Shown here: piece after piece, positions 19,928 through 30,898 of the stretch
Position numbering within the stretch: the stretch's first letter is position 1
Layout: the number at the start of each line of letters is the position of its first letter
Sequence record: SRR31156797_7933
Length of the DNA stretch: 59,219 bases
Strand: one strand, 5' to 3'
The notes under the pieces: model-generated
The model's database searches: none
The model's input: the letters and a program-made list of their open reading frames with translations, nothing else
Told to the model about the DNA's origin: nothing
Position numbers and translations under genes: made by a program

Positions 19928-20452
19928 ATGCAAAAGGTAAAAATACCGCGAACGGTTGATCCGGGTAAAGCGGCTCAAAAACGACTTGATTACGATGGTA
20001 TCATCCAAATGAGTCTTTTGAAGCGCTTAGAGGAATCAGTCACTAGCGTAAAACGCGACGCACAAGTCTCATTGTCATTTGGGCTTGATGAACAGCAACT
20101 TGTTGTTATCTCTGGTAAAGCTAACATCGAAGTTGATTTAGAGTGTCAGCGCTGTAATGAGGCATTCGCACACGAGTGTGAAGTCGAATTCACTTATTCA
20201 CCGATTACTGGTCGAAAGAGTGATGAAGAAATTCCCGAAGATTATGATTTGGTAGATCTTAATGAATTCGGAGAAATTGACCTGATTCAGTTAGTTGAAG
20301 ACGAGTTCATCTTAGGTTTGCCTCAAGTAGCAATGCACGAAGATGCGGATTGCAGCGTTAAATCAGATAATTTGGTGTTTGGTGAGATTCCAGAAGAAGT
20401 TTTGGAAGATAAACCGAATCCATTCGATGTATTAAGAAGTTTGAAGAAGTAA
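19928..20452 (+). CDS. yceD: 23S rRNA accumulation protein YceD
   Basis: MQKVK.P..VDP, CQRC and C-terminal KPNPFDVL; upstream of rpmF. Confidence 0.95.
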   Translation: MQKVKIPRTVDPGKAAQKRLDYDGIIQMSLLKRLEESVTSVKRDAQVSLSFGLDEQQLVVISGKANIEVDLECQRCNEAFAHECEVEFTYSPITGRKSDEEIPEDYDLVDLNEFGEIDLIQLVEDEFILGLPQVAMHEDADCSVKSDNLVFGEIPEEVLEDKPNPFDVLRSLKK

Positions 20453-20484
20453 CGCTTCAAACTCATAACCTAGGAGTAGGGTCA

Positions 20485-20655
20485 ATGGCCGTACAAAAAA
20501 ACCGTAAAACACGTTCTAAGCGTGGTATGCGTCGTTCACACGATGCGCTTTCTGCAGCTGCACTATCTGTAGACGCGACTTCAGGTGAAACACACCTACG
20601 TCACAATGTAACTGCTGAAGGTTACTACCGTGGCAAAAAGGTTATCAACAAGTAA
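20485..20655 (+). CDS. rpmF: 50S ribosomal protein L32 (not in ORF track)
   Basis: Manual translation [56 protein letters not shown] (56 aa); AGGAG RBS; located between yceD and plsX. Confidence 0.98.
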   Translation: MAVQKNRKTRSKRGMRRSHDALSAAALSVDATSGETHLRHNVTAEGYYRGKKVINK

Positions 20656-20664
20656 GGTTGACCT

Positions 20665-21690
20665 TTGCAAAATTTAACCGTTGCACTTGATGCAATGGGC
20701 GGGGATTTCGGTCCTCGCGTAACAGTGCCTGCCGCCGTGCAGGCACTGTCGCATTTCCCAGAGCTAAAAGTGACCCTCATCGGTGATCAGACTGAGATCG
20801 CCCAGCAACTTTCACTCTTAGGTTACGAACCGAACGCTCGTTTGAGTGTCGTGCATAGTGACCGAGTCATTTCGAATTCAGAAAAACCTTCATTAGCATT
20901 GCGTAACAGTGCGGGCAGTTCTATGCGTATGGCTATCGATGCCGTATCTGATGGCGCTGCTGATGCGTGTGTCAGCGCGGGCAATACTGGCGCTTTGATG
21001 GCGTTATCCCGATTTAGATTGAAACTGTTACCTGGTATCGATAGGCCAGCTCTTGTTTCTGCACTGCCGACGGCATCAGGGGGTAAAACCTGGATGCTAG
21101 ACTTAGGTGCGAATGTGTCGAGCGACGCCGATTCCCTGTTTCAATTTGCCGTAATGGGTGCCGCTTTAGCCGAGCAACATTTAGGCCGAGCACCAAGAGT
21201 CGCGATTTTAAATATCGGCGCAGAAGAGATTAAAGGTAATGATTTAGTCAAACGTTGTGCAGAAATGCTCACTCAGACACACGCAGTGAATTTTATCGGC
21301 TACATTGAAGGGAACCAATTATTAATTGACGCAGCAGATGTTGTCGTGTGTGACGGATTTGTTGGCAATGTATGTTTAAAAGCCTGTGAAGGGACGGCGC
21401 AACTTTTCATTGATAGGTTAAGAAGTAAATTTTTAGGCTCATCCATAAAAGGTTGGATTGCGAAAAAGCTGTTCCCAGAACTATTTACCGAATTAAAAAC
21501 ACTGAACCCCGACCAGTATAACGGCGCAAGTTTGCTAGGATTGCGCGGCATTGTAATAAAAAGTCATGGAAGTGCTGATGTATCCGCTGTCGTGAATGCG
21601 ATTTCAGAAGCGGTGCATGAAGTTAAACGACAAGTACCCAGCCGTATAAGCGATCGTTTGGAAGCGGTTTTACTCGAGAGGCATTATTAG
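20665..21690 (+). CDS. plsX: Phosphate acyltransferase PlsX
   Basis: [25 protein letters not shown] and KSHGSAD motifs; TTG start. Confidence 0.96.
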   Translation: MQNLTVALDAMGGDFGPRVTVPAAVQALSHFPELKVTLIGDQTEIAQQLSLLGYEPNARLSVVHSDRVISNSEKPSLALRNSAGSSMRMAIDAVSDGAADACVSAGNTGALMALSRFRLKLLPGIDRPALVSALPTASGGKTWMLDLGANVSSDADSLFQFAVMGAALAEQHLGRAPRVAILNIGAEEIKGNDLVKRCAEMLTQTHAVNFIGYIEGNQLLIDAADVVVCDGFVGNVCLKACEGTAQLFIDRLRSKFLGSSIKGWIAKKLFPELFTELKTLNPDQYNGASLLGLRGIVIKSHGSADVSAVVNAISEAVHEVKRQVPSRISDRLEAVLLERHY

Positions 21691-21695
21691 TCTTC

Positions 21696-22646
21696 ATGTA
21701 TAGCAAAATTTTAGGTACCGGCAGCTACCTGCCATCTCAGGTGCGTACCAACGCAGATTTAGAGAAAATGGTAGATACTAGTGATGAGTGGATTGTAACT
21801 CGCACGGGTATTCGCGAGCGTCGTATTGCTGCTGAAGATGAAACAGTTGCAGATATGGCGTTTTATGCAGCACAAAACGCGATCGAAATGGCGGGCATTG
21901 ATAAAAACGACATCGATCTGATTATTGTTGCGACAACCAGTAGTAGCCATACATTCCCTTCTTCTGCTTGTCAGGTGCAGGGCAAGTTAGGCATCAAGGG
22001 ATGTCCTGCTTTTGATCTGGCTGCTGCATGTTCAGGGTTTGTCTATGGTTTATCTGTTGCTGATCAACACATCAAATCAGGTATGTGCAAAAATGTACTT
22101 GTGATTGGTGCAGATGCATTATCAAAAACTTGTGATCCAACAGACCGCTCAACCATTATCCTGTTTGGTGATGGCGCAGGTGCGGTTGTCGTTGGCGCAA
22201 GTAAAGAGCCGGGCATTCTTTCCACTCACATCTATTCTGACGGTGAGTTTGGCGACCTGCTAAGCCTGCCTGTACCAGAACGTGGCGGCGATGTAGACAA
22301 ATGGCTCTACATGGCAGGTAACGAGGTATTTAAAGTAGCGGTTACCCAACTGTCTAAGTTGGTGAAAGATACCTTAGCGGCTAACAATATGCACAAGTCT
22401 GAATTAGATTGGCTAGTGCCACATCAGGCTAATTACCGCATTATTTCTGCGACAGCGAAGAAACTTTCGATGTCACTTGACCAAGTTGTATTGACGTTAG
22501 ATAGACACGGCAATACTTCTGCAGCGACAGTTCCTACTGCTTTAGATGAAGCGGTAAGAGATGGACGCATTAAGCGCGGTCAAACTTTATTATTAGAAGC
22601 TTTTGGTGGTGGTTTCACCTGGGGCTCAGCTTTAGTTAAGTTTTAA
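21696..22646 (+). CDS. fabH: 3-oxoacyl-ACP synthase III
   Basis: AACSGF, PHQAN and GNTSAA catalytic triad motifs. Confidence 0.97.
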   Translation: MYSKILGTGSYLPSQVRTNADLEKMVDTSDEWIVTRTGIRERRIAAEDETVADMAFYAAQNAIEMAGIDKNDIDLIIVATTSSSHTFPSSACQVQGKLGIKGCPAFDLAAACSGFVYGLSVADQHIKSGMCKNVLVIGADALSKTCDPTDRSTIILFGDGAGAVVVGASKEPGILSTHIYSDGEFGDLLSLPVPERGGDVDKWLYMAGNEVFKVAVTQLSKLVKDTLAANNMHKSELDWLVPHQANYRIISATAKKLSMSLDQVVLTLDRHGNTSAATVPTALDEAVRDGRIKRGQTLLLEAFGGGFTWGSALVKF

Positions 22647-22716
22647 CAAATACGATTTATTATTGTCTTTAAGGCGTTGAAATAACGCCTTAATCATTTT
22701 TGAAAGGGAAACAACC

Positions 22717-23640
22717 ATGAGCAAGTTTGCTATTGTATTTCCAGGTCAAGGTTCTCAAGCAATTGGTATGCTTGCAGAGCTTGCACAGCAGTATGACGTA
22801 GTTAACCAAACATTTGCAGAAGCGTCTGACGTGTTGGGCTATGATCTGTGGTCTTTAGTTCAAAACGGTCCTGTCGAAGATCTAAACCAAACATTCCGCA
22901 CTCAACCTGCACTGCTTGCAGCTTCTGTTGCTATTTGGCGTGTTTGGCAAGAACTGGGTCTAGAGCAACCAGAAGTGTTAGCGGGTCACAGCTTGGGTGA
23001 ATATTCGGCATTAGTTTGTGCTGGTGTTATCGACTTTAAGCAAGCGATCAGCTTAGTTGAGCTACGTGGTAAAGCGATGCAAGAAGCGGTTCCTGCAGGA
23101 ACCGGCGCTATGTACGCAATTATTGGTCTTGATGATGCCTCAATTGCTAAAGCGTGTGAAGAAGCTTCACAAGGTGACGTTGTTTCTCCAGTAAACTTCA
23201 ACTCACCGGGTCAAGTGGTTATCGCTGGTCAAAAAGAAGCGGTAGAACGTGCTGGTGCTTTATGTAAAGAAGCGGGTGCGAAACGCGCACTACCGTTACC
23301 AGTATCTGTGCCATCACACTGTGCATTGATGAAGCCAGCGGCAGACCGTTTAGCAGAAGCGCTAGCTGATATTGAATTCAATGCTCCTCAAGTTCCGGTC
23401 ATCAATAACGTTGATGTGATTGCTGAAACGGATCCTGCAAAAATTAAAGATGCGCTAGTTCGTCAATTATACAGCCCAGTACGTTGGACTGAAGGTGTTG
23501 AGAAAATGAACGAACTCGGCGTAGAAAAACTATTGGAAATGGGCCCTGGTAAAGTTCTGACTGGCCTAACCAAACGTATTGTTAAAACCTTAGACGCAGC
23601 AGCAGTGAACGATATTGCTTCACTGGAAGCAGCTAAGTAA
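22717..23640 (+). CDS. fabD: Malonyl-CoA:ACP transacylase
   Basis: FPGQGSQ and GHSLGEY motifs. Confidence 0.97.
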   Translation: MSKFAIVFPGQGSQAIGMLAELAQQYDVVNQTFAEASDVLGYDLWSLVQNGPVEDLNQTFRTQPALLAASVAIWRVWQELGLEQPEVLAGHSLGEYSALVCAGVIDFKQAISLVELRGKAMQEAVPAGTGAMYAIIGLDDASIAKACEEASQGDVVSPVNFNSPGQVVIAGQKEAVERAGALCKEAGAKRALPLPVSVPSHCALMKPAADRLAEALADIEFNAPQVPVINNVDVIAETDPAKIKDALVRQLYSPVRWTEGVEKMNELGVEKLLEMGPGKVLTGLTKRIVKTLDAAAVNDIASLEAAK

Positions 23641-23655
23641 TTATAGGAATTAAAC

Positions 23656-24402
23656 ATGAGTCAATTCATGAGCCTAGAAGGCAAAGTGGCACTAGTAACG
23701 GGTGCTAGCCGAGGTATTGGTAAAGCAATTGCTGAACTACTCGTAGAGCGTGGCGCCACCGTTGTTGGTACTGCAACAAGTGAAAGCGGCGCAGAAGCGA
23801 TCAGCGCCTATCTTGGTGATAACGGCAAGGGTTTTGCTCTGAACGTTACTGATGTGGATTCAATTGAAGCAGTATTAAAAGCAATTAATACTGAATTCGG
23901 TGGAATTGACATTCTAGTGAATAACGCGGGTATTACTCGTGATAACCTACTAATGCGTATGAAAGACGAAGAGTGGTCTGATATCTTAGACACTAATTTG
24001 ACGTCTATCTTCCGCATGTCTAAAGCAGTACTACGCGGCATGATGAAAAAGCGTAACGGCCGTATCATCAACGTAGGTTCTGTTGTTGGCACTATGGGTA
24101 ACGCAGGTCAAGCAAACTACGCTGCGGCAAAAGCGGGTGTTATTGGCTTTACCAAGTCAATGGCGCGCGAAGTTGCTTCTCGTGGTGTGACTGTGAACAC
24201 AGTAGCGCCAGGTTTCATTGAAACTGATATGACAAAAGCACTGAATGATGAGCAACGTGCTGCTACACTTGCACAAGTACCAGCGGGTCGTTTAGGTGAT
24301 CCACGTGAAATTGCTTCAGCTGTGGTATTTTTAGCTTCAAATGAAGGTGCATACATTACGGGCGAAACTTTGCACGTAAATGGTGGCATGTATATGGTTT
24401 AA
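23656..24402 (+). CDS. fabG: 3-oxoacyl-ACP reductase
   Basis: TGASRGIG, NNAGITRD and YAAAK motifs; position in the fab cluster. Confidence 0.97.
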   Translation: MSQFMSLEGKVALVTGASRGIGKAIAELLVERGATVVGTATSESGAEAISAYLGDNGKGFALNVTDVDSIEAVLKAINTEFGGIDILVNNAGITRDNLLMRMKDEEWSDILDTNLTSIFRMSKAVLRGMMKKRNGRIINVGSVVGTMGNAGQANYAAAKAGVIGFTKSMAREVASRGVTVNTVAPGFIETDMTKALNDEQRAATLAQVPAGRLGDPREIASAVVFLASNEGAYITGETLHVNGGMYMV

Positions 24403-24536
24403 TACCACTTTTGTGCTAAGTTGGGTAATGAGTCTAAAAACTTGACTGACTTGTACAAAAAATGACATAGAAGTGTGTAACATTTATACGTGATATATGT
24501 CAAAAGTGGTGTGAATTTCGGTTAAAATCGCCAATT

Positions 24537-24590
24537 TTGTGGTTTGACCAGCAAGGACCCCCTTGCAACTTTCCCTAGTTAGAATAAACT
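24537..24590 (+). promoter_or_regulatory. acpP promoter with putative FadR site
   Basis: ttgTGGTttGACCAgca (24537-24553) compared with the FadR consensus AACTGGTCnGACCAGTT, followed by TTGCAA (-35) and TAAACT (-10). Confidence 0.6.
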
Positions 24591-24634
24591 ACGGAATCAT
24601 CGCATTAGGCGAAATCTGTAAAGGAAAAGAAAAA

Positions 24635-24868
24635 ATGAGCAACATCGAAGAACGCGTAAAGAAAATCATTGTTGAACAGCTAGGTGTAGACGAAGCAGAA
24701 GTTAAAAACGAAGCTTCTTTCGTTGAAGATCTAGGTGCGGATTCTCTAGACACTGTAGAACTAGTTATGGCTCTAGAAGAAGAATTTGACACTGAGATTC
24801 CTGACGAAGAAGCAGAGAAAATCACTACTGTTCAAGCTGCGATCGACTACGTAAACAGCGCTCAGTAA
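24635..24868 (+). CDS. acpP: Acyl carrier protein
   Basis: [12 protein letters not shown]...[15 protein letters not shown] 24635 follows an AAGGA RBS (77 aa). Confidence 0.98.
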   Translation: MSNIEERVKKIIVEQLGVDEAEVKNEASFVEDLGADSLDTVELVMALEEEFDTEIPDEEAEKITTVQAAIDYVNSAQ

Positions 24869-24953
24869 TGTATCCTCCCAGGCGGCCTTCTGGCCGCCTG
24901 AGTTTTTCTCACTCATCTTTACCTCTCATTGAATTTTTCAATTCCCGGAGAAT

Positions 24954-26204
24954 ATGATCGTGTCCAAGCGTCGTGTCGTTGTCACTGGCATGGGTATGTT
25001 GTCACCGGTAGGCAACACTGTAGAATCTTCTTGGAAAGCCCTGCTAGCTGGTCAAAGTGGTATTGTTAATATTGATCACTTTGATACAACCAATTATTCA
25101 ACTCGTTTCGCGGGTCTAGTTAAAGACTTTAACTGCGAAGATTACATGTCTAAAAAAGACGCCCGCAAAATGGATTTATTTATCCAGTACGGTATTGCCG
25201 CGGGTATTCAAGCTTTAGATGACTCAGGTTTAGAAATCACTGAAGAAAATGCTCCACGCGTTGGTGTAGCTATTGGTTCAGGTATTGGCGGCTTAGATTT
25301 AATCGAAAGCGGTCACCGTTCTTTACTTGATAAAGGCCCTCGCAAAGTTAGCCCATTTTTCGTTCCATCAACCATCGTAAACATGGTAGCGGGCAACTTA
25401 TCAATTATGCGTGGTCTACGTGGTCCAAACATCGCTATTTCAACCGCATGTACAACTGGTCTCCATAATATCGGCCATGCGGCTCGTATGATTGCATACG
25501 GTGACGCTGAAGCTATGGTAGCGGGTGGTTCTGAAAAAGCATCTACACCACTAGGTATGGCTGGCTTTGGCGCAGCAAAAGCGTTATCAACTCGCAACGA
25601 TGACCCACAAAAAGCTTCTCGCCCTTGGGATAAAGACCGTGATGGTTTCGTTCTGGGTGATGGTGCTGGTGTGATTGTTCTTGAAGAGTACGAACATGCT
25701 AAAGCGCGTGGTGCTAAAATTTACGCAGAAATTGTTGGCTTTGGTATGTCGGGTGATGCTTATCACATGACTTCACCAAGCGAAGATGGCTCTGGTGGTG
25801 CACTAGCAATGGAAGCGGCGATGCGTGATGCAGGCTTAACTGGCGTTCAAGTTGGTTACGTAAACGCTCACGGTACATCAACGCCAGCTGGCGATGTTGC
25901 TGAAGTGAAAGGCATCAAACGCGCGTTAGGTGAAGAAGGCTCTAAACAAGTTCTTATTTCTTCTACCAAGTCGATGACAGGCCACTTGCTAGGTGCTGCT
26001 GGTTCTGTTGAAGCCATTATCACTATTAAGTCATTGGTTGACCAAATTGTTCCACCAACGATTAACCTAGAAAACCAAGAAGAAGGGCTAGACGTTGACC
26101 TTGTTCCAAATACCGCTCGTAAAGTAGAAGGTATGGAATACGCAATGTGTAACTCGTTTGGTTTTGGTGGTACAAACGGCTCATTGATCTTTAAGCGCGT
26201 ATAA
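24954..26204 (+). CDS. fabF: 3-oxoacyl-ACP synthase II
   Basis: [26 protein letters not shown] and NSFGFGG motifs. Confidence 0.97.
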   Translation: MIVSKRRVVVTGMGMLSPVGNTVESSWKALLAGQSGIVNIDHFDTTNYSTRFAGLVKDFNCEDYMSKKDARKMDLFIQYGIAAGIQALDDSGLEITEENAPRVGVAIGSGIGGLDLIESGHRSLLDKGPRKVSPFFVPSTIVNMVAGNLSIMRGLRGPNIAISTACTTGLHNIGHAARMIAYGDAEAMVAGGSEKASTPLGMAGFGAAKALSTRNDDPQKASRPWDKDRDGFVLGDGAGVIVLEEYEHAKARGAKIYAEIVGFGMSGDAYHMTSPSEDGSGGALAMEAAMRDAGLTGVQVGYVNAHGTSTPAGDVAEVKGIKRALGEEGSKQVLISSTKSMTGHLLGAAGSVEAIITIKSLVDQIVPPTINLENQEEGLDVDLVPNTARKVEGMEYAMCNSFGFGGTNGSLIFKRV

Positions 26205-26283
26205 AGTTCATCGAACTGTACTTGTTTTGAAACGGCTTAATGCTTAGCATTAGGCCGTTTCTTTATTTTCAGGGAAAGGAAAT

Positions 26284-27087
26284 ATGGTTTGGGTTAACGG
26301 TATCGTTAGTGACGTGATTTCCGTTGGAGATCGATCTTTTCAATATGGTGACGGTTGCTTCACAACGATTTTGACCAAAAATGGTAAGGTGCAGCATTGG
26401 GAGTTGCATGTTGAGCGCCTAGAAGCTTGTTTAAATGTTTTAGCTATTCCTTTACCGGATTGGCAAAAAGTCGAAGAGTGGATGGCGCTTGCTTTATTAC
26501 CTGATACGAAAGCGGGTTTGAAAATCCACATTACCCGAGGTGAGGGTGGGCGCGGGTATAGTCCATCTCAGTTGACCAAACCGAATGTTACGATTAGCCA
26601 CTTTGCTTTTCCCGCACATTATGCACAATGGCAAGCTGAAGGTTTAGCACTCGGCTTGTGCTCGAAGCGTATGGGTCTTAATCCCATGTTGGCAGGGCAC
26701 AAACATAATAATCGATTGGAACAAGTTCTGTTAAAGGATGAAATGGACAAAGCAGGGTACACCGATGGGCTTTGCTTAGATATCCATGGGCATATTGTTG
26801 AAACCACATCCGCTAATATTTTTTGGGTGAAAGGTGAAACCTTGTATACCCCATCTTTAGACAATGCTGGCGTGGCTGGTATTGCGCGTAAAACAATACT
26901 GAATGTTGCCGTAGAATGTGGGATGAAAGTGGTGATGGGAGACTTTGAACTCGACCACTTAGACAATGCAGAAGAAGTGTTTATATCGAATGCTTTACTT
27001 GAAGTGGCTCCTATCATTCAAGTTGGTCACAATAAATATGCCATCGGTAAATACACACGACGTTTTCAGGAGAGTTTCAATTCGTGA
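26284..27087 (+). CDS. pabC: Aminodeoxychorismate lyase
   Basis: [13 protein letters not shown] and KH.NRLEQV motifs; synteny. Confidence 0.94.
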   Translation: MVWVNGIVSDVISVGDRSFQYGDGCFTTILTKNGKVQHWELHVERLEACLNVLAIPLPDWQKVEEWMALALLPDTKAGLKIHITRGEGGRGYSPSQLTKPNVTISHFAFPAHYAQWQAEGLALGLCSKRMGLNPMLAGHKHNNRLEQVLLKDEMDKAGYTDGLCLDIHGHIVETTSANIFWVKGETLYTPSLDNAGVAGIARKTILNVAVECGMKVVMGDFELDHLDNAEEVFISNALLEVAPIIQVGHNKYAIGKYTRRFQESFNS

Positions 27088-28097
27088 TTAAGAAGTTATT
27101 TGCGCTACTTATTGTCGCTTTAGTTTGCGCATTAGGTGGTTATTTCTATGTACAATCTCAAGTAGAAGATTATCTAAGCCAAACCTTACAGGTAGAGCAG
27201 CCTGAAATTATTACCATTCCTAATGGCACGAGTTTAAACCGTGCCATGGCGATGTTGGTGGAAAACCAATGGGTCAATGCTTCTTCCTATTCAGGTTTAG
27301 TGCATCGTTTTCACCCTGAGTTGTCACGTTTAAAAGCGGGGACATACCAACTTCAGCCACAAATCAGCTTAGAGCAAGCGCTTCATGTATTGATTGAAGG
27401 AAAAGAGCACCAGTTTGCCATTACTTTTGTTGAAGGCAGTCGTTTCAGTGAATGGCTTGATATTCTAGGTCAAAACACCAATCTCAAACAGACCTTAGCT
27501 GGACAGTCGGAAGCTGAGATTGCAGAGCAACTGGGGATTGAAAGGAAAAAACTGGAAGGTTTGTTCCTTGCGGAAACCTATCATTTTACTCATGGTGCCA
27601 GCGATTTAGATATCTTAAGACGTGCTAATAAGAAGCTGACCGCGGTGTTATCTGATGAGTGGGAAAACAAGCAGAATGGCTTGCCTTTAAAATCTTCTTA
27701 TGAAGCGTTGATCTTAGCCTCAATCATTGAAAAAGAAACGGCTGTAGAAGATGAAAGGACACAAATAGCGTCTGTGTTCGTCAATCGGTTAAATAAAAAG
27801 ATGCGTTTGCAAACTGATCCAACTGTTATTTACGGTATGGGTGAAGATTACGATGGTAATATTCGTAAAAAGGATTTAAGAACTCCGACACCGTACAATA
27901 CTTATGTGATTTCAGGTTTACCGCCTACGCCGATCGCAATGGCAGGTCCAGCATCAATCCACGCGGCATTGAACCCAGATTCAAGTCATTACTTGTACTT
28001 CGTGGCGAGTGGCAAAGGCGGACATGTGTTTTCTAAAACACTGACTGAACATAACCGCGCAGTTCGCGCTTATTTAAAAACAATTCGAAACCAATAA
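27084..28097 (+). CDS. mltG: Endolytic transglycosylase MltG
   Basis: N-terminal [20 protein letters not shown] and GLPPTPI motifs. Confidence 0.95.
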   Translation: MIKKLFALLIVALVCALGGYFYVQSQVEDYLSQTLQVEQPEIITIPNGTSLNRAMAMLVENQWVNASSYSGLVHRFHPELSRLKAGTYQLQPQISLEQALHVLIEGKEHQFAITFVEGSRFSEWLDILGQNTNLKQTLAGQSEAEIAEQLGIERKKLEGLFLAETYHFTHGASDLDILRRANKKLTAVLSDEWENKQNGLPLKSSYEALILASIIEKETAVEDERTQIASVFVNRLNKKMRLQTDPTVIYGMGEDYDGNIRKKDLRTPTPYNTYVISGLPPTPIAMAGPASIHAALNPDSSHYLYFVASGKGGHVFSKTLTEHNRAVRAYLKTIRNQ

Positions 28098-28726
28098 TGA
28101 ACTCTAAATTTATCGTAGTCGAGGGCCTTGAAGGGGCCGGTAAAAGCACCGCAATCCAAGCTATTGTAGAAACCTTGCACGCGCATGGTATTGATAACAT
28201 CACGCGTACCAGAGAGCCTGGTGGAACGGTATTAGCAGAGAAAATGCGTGAGCTTGTGAAACAAGAACACGAAGGAGAAGATCTTCAGGATATGACGGAA
28301 CTTCTTCTGATGTATGCCGCGCGTGTACAATTGGTTGAGAACGTCATTAAACCGGCATTAAGCCGAGGTGACTGGGTGGTGGGTGACCGTCACGATATGT
28401 CTTCTCAAGCGTATCAGGGTGGTGGCCGTCAGATTGCTCAACAAACAATGCAGAGCTTGAAGCAGACCACGCTGGGGGACTTTAAGCCCGACTTAACGCT
28501 TTACTTAGATATTGACCCAAGAGTGGGTTTAGAGCGTGCTCGTGGCCGTGGTGAACTGGATCGTATTGAAAAAATGGATATCAGTTTCTTTGACCGTAGC
28601 CGAGATAAGTATCTGGAAATCGCCAACTCTGATGACTCGGTTATTGTTGTCAATGCCCAGCAAGAAATCGATAACGTCTCGGCAGACATTAAAAACGCCC
28701 TGGAACAATGGTTAAAGAGTGTTTAA
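28097..28726 (+). CDS. tmk: Thymidylate kinase
   Basis: [11 protein letters not shown]-loop, TREPGG and DR..SSQAYQG. Confidence 0.97.
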   Translation: MNSKFIVVEGLEGAGKSTAIQAIVETLHAHGIDNITRTREPGGTVLAEKMRELVKQEHEGEDLQDMTELLLMYAARVQLVENVIKPALSRGDWVVGDRHDMSSQAYQGGGRQIAQQTMQSLKQTTLGDFKPDLTLYLDIDPRVGLERARGRGELDRIEKMDISFFDRSRDKYLEIANSDDSVIVVNAQQEIDNVSADIKNALEQWLKSV

Positions 28727-28729
28727 TCG

Positions 28730-29695
28730 ATGAAAAAACTCCATTCTTGGCTGCAGAACCCTTGGAATAGCTGGAAATTACAGCTTGATCACAATAGCTT
28801 TGCTTCGGCAACCTTGCTTACCGGATCTCATGGGTTAGGCATTTTTACGCTAGCGGAGCAATTTGGGCGTGCTTTGATGTGTAATACTGCATCCAGCGAG
28901 CCTTGCGGTTTTTGTCATGGGTGCGATTTAATGCAATCGGGTAACCATCCGGATTACCACGTTATCAAACCTGAAAAAGAAGGTAAGGCAATCACTGTCG
29001 ATCAAATTCGCCAGTGTAATCGTATTGCTCAAGAATCCTCGCAACTTTCGGGTTATCGTCTGTTTGTTATCGAACCGGCTGAAGCGATGAACGAATCAGC
29101 GGCGAACGCTTTGTTAAAGACGTTGGAAGAGCCACCAGAGAAGTGTGTATTTATACTGATCGCTTCAAAAGCGAATGCGCTGTTGCCAACCATTGTTAGC
29201 CGTTGCCAACAAATAGCCATTGCTGATCCTCAACCGCAAGCTGTGACCGCTTGGTTAACTCATGAAGTTACGCAGGAAGTGCCAGCATTTGCCGCCCATA
29301 TTAATGGCAATGCACCTGTTAAAACCAAAGCGTTTATTGAACAGGGTGGGGTAAAGCAGTATCTCGATTTGGAAAGCGTATTCCTTACCGCAGTGAAGGG
29401 CGATGTCGCTGCGACATTGCAGTGCGTGAAAAAGATCAATGAAGCCCCTATTCAGCGCTTAACCTGGCTTTGGTATTTGCTGACCGATGCTCAAAAGGTG
29501 TCTTTCGGTGTTGAAACGCGAAGTTTTACACCTGGTTGTTACACGTTATCATCACAGATGAGCTATGGTGTTTTAGAGCAGCAATCTTTGTCACTCGCGG
29601 AGTTGATTGAGCAGATTCGTCATTTCCCAGGCTTGAATACAGAGCTTCTTATCACTGACTGGATATTTAAATTTAACGAGGAAACATGTTTGTAG
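28730..29695 (+). CDS. holB: DNA polymerase III subunit delta'
   Basis: PCGFCHGC zinc motif, HPD, AANALLKTLEEP and SRC. Confidence 0.94.
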   Translation: MKKLHSWLQNPWNSWKLQLDHNSFASATLLTGSHGLGIFTLAEQFGRALMCNTASSEPCGFCHGCDLMQSGNHPDYHVIKPEKEGKAITVDQIRQCNRIAQESSQLSGYRLFVIEPAEAMNESAANALLKTLEEPPEKCVFILIASKANALLPTIVSRCQQIAIADPQPQAVTAWLTHEVTQEVPAFAAHINGNAPVKTKAFIEQGGVKQYLDLESVFLTAVKGDVAATLQCVKKINEAPIQRLTWLWYLLTDAQKVSFGVETRSFTPGCYTLSSQMSYGVLEQQSLSLAELIEQIRHFPGLNTELLITDWIFKFNEETCL

Positions 29696-30453
29696 ATTCT
29701 CACTGCCATCTGGATAAATTGGATTACCAAGAATTACACACTGATATTAGCGATGTGCTCAATAAAGCAGAGCAAGCCAATGTTAAGCAGGTTCTTTCGG
29801 TTGGGGTTACGTTAGATTCGTTTCCTGACATGATTGAGATGATCACACCTTACGACAATGTACATGCTTCATGTGGTGTGCACCCATTGGATGTGGAAAG
29901 CGATTTTGAGTTAGATAGATTCCATGAGTTTGCCAAACATCCTAAAGTGGTCGCGATTGGCGAAACAGGTCTGGATTACCATTATCAACCTGAAACTGCC
30001 GAACTACAGAAATTACGCTTTTCTCAACAAATAGAAACAGCGGTGAGCCTGAACAAGCCATTGATAATTCATACACGTAACGCACGTGAAGATACTTTAG
30101 GGTTACTTCAAGAAGGTGGTGCAGAGCGTTGTGGGGGGGTGATCCATTGCTTTACCGAGGATTTAGCGTTTGCAAAAGCTGCGATGGACCTTGGCTTCTA
30201 CATTTCGATCTCAGGTATTGTCACGTTTCGTCAAGCGACAGAGTTAAAAGAGGTGGTCAAAGCATTGCCTTTAGAACGTTTGCTTATAGAAACGGATTCC
30301 CCGTACTTAGCGCCAGTACCTCATAGAGGCAAGCAGAACCAACCGGCTTATGTTGTCGAGGTGGCGGCCTATATCGCACAGTTGAAAAATTGTTCTTTGT
30401 CTGAAGTCGCCGCAAAAACCACACAAAATTTCGAAAATCTTTTTTTGCGATGA
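29686..30453 (+). CDS. ycfH: TatD family hydrolase (YcfH)
   Basis: DSHCH, GETGLDY, HCF and ETDSPYLAP motifs; follows holB. Confidence 0.93.
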   Translation: MFVDSHCHLDKLDYQELHTDISDVLNKAEQANVKQVLSVGVTLDSFPDMIEMITPYDNVHASCGVHPLDVESDFELDRFHEFAKHPKVVAIGETGLDYHYQPETAELQKLRFSQQIETAVSLNKPLIIHTRNAREDTLGLLQEGGAERCGGVIHCFTEDLAFAKAAMDLGFYISISGIVTFRQATELKEVVKALPLERLLIETDSPYLAPVPHRGKQNQPAYVVEVAAYIAQLKNCSLSEVAAKTTQNFENLFLR

Positions 30454-30469
30454 GAAATCAAAAGAGACT

Positions 30470-30498
30470 AAAAAAGGAGCGCTAGCTCCTTTTTTTTA
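30470..30498 (+). terminator. Intrinsic terminator after ycfH
   Basis: aaaaaaggagc-gcta-gctccttttttt. Confidence 0.8.
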
Positions 30499-30772
30499 TG
30501 TCTATAGCACGAAATTTACGTCTTTAGCTAGTTGTTAACTAAATCTGTTGATTTTGAGGGTTGAGTTTTGTCTAAAGTTATTATGTTACAAAAAATAACA
30601 AGCAACCTTATTTTATTTACTGGGTAAAATTAAGATTTATTCTTGAAAATATCTTTTAATACAATGATTTAATGCTGATGTAATCCATTGCTCACGCTGT
30701 GCTGTACTGTGATCTGTCTATTACTTTGAAACTAAACTCTGACATCTTCTAGAAACCGGTATCATCAACAAG

Positions 30773-30797
30773 ATATATTTAGAGCCGGAAAATATAT
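30773..30797 (+). promoter_or_regulatory. Mlc/NagC-type operator upstream of the PTS paralogue
   Basis: atataTTT-agagccgga-AAAtatat: TTT-N9-AAA in an AT-rich palindrome. An equivalent site sits at the same position before ptsG. Confidence 0.6.
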
Positions 30798-30819
30798 TGA
30801 TTTTGGTCTATGTAGTTTC

Positions 30820-30895
30820 TATTGAAGTTGGCACTAAGGCTACGGGGGTGTGCCGCCGACTTCGAATATTCTAAAAATTTAATCAGGAGCATAAA
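30820..30895 (+). ncRNA. Putative structured 5' leader element, copy A
   Basis: gaagttggc/gccgacttc outer stem, 5-nt bulge, GGC/GCC inner stem and an 11-nt UACGGGGGUGU loop; homologous to 33302-33375. Confidence 0.55.
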
Positions 30896-30898
30896 CTA

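Noticed and set aside
24563-24634. N-terminal extension of AcpP in the ORF track
   Set aside because: The TTG is the promoter -35. The canonical MSNIEERV start with an RBS is at 24635.
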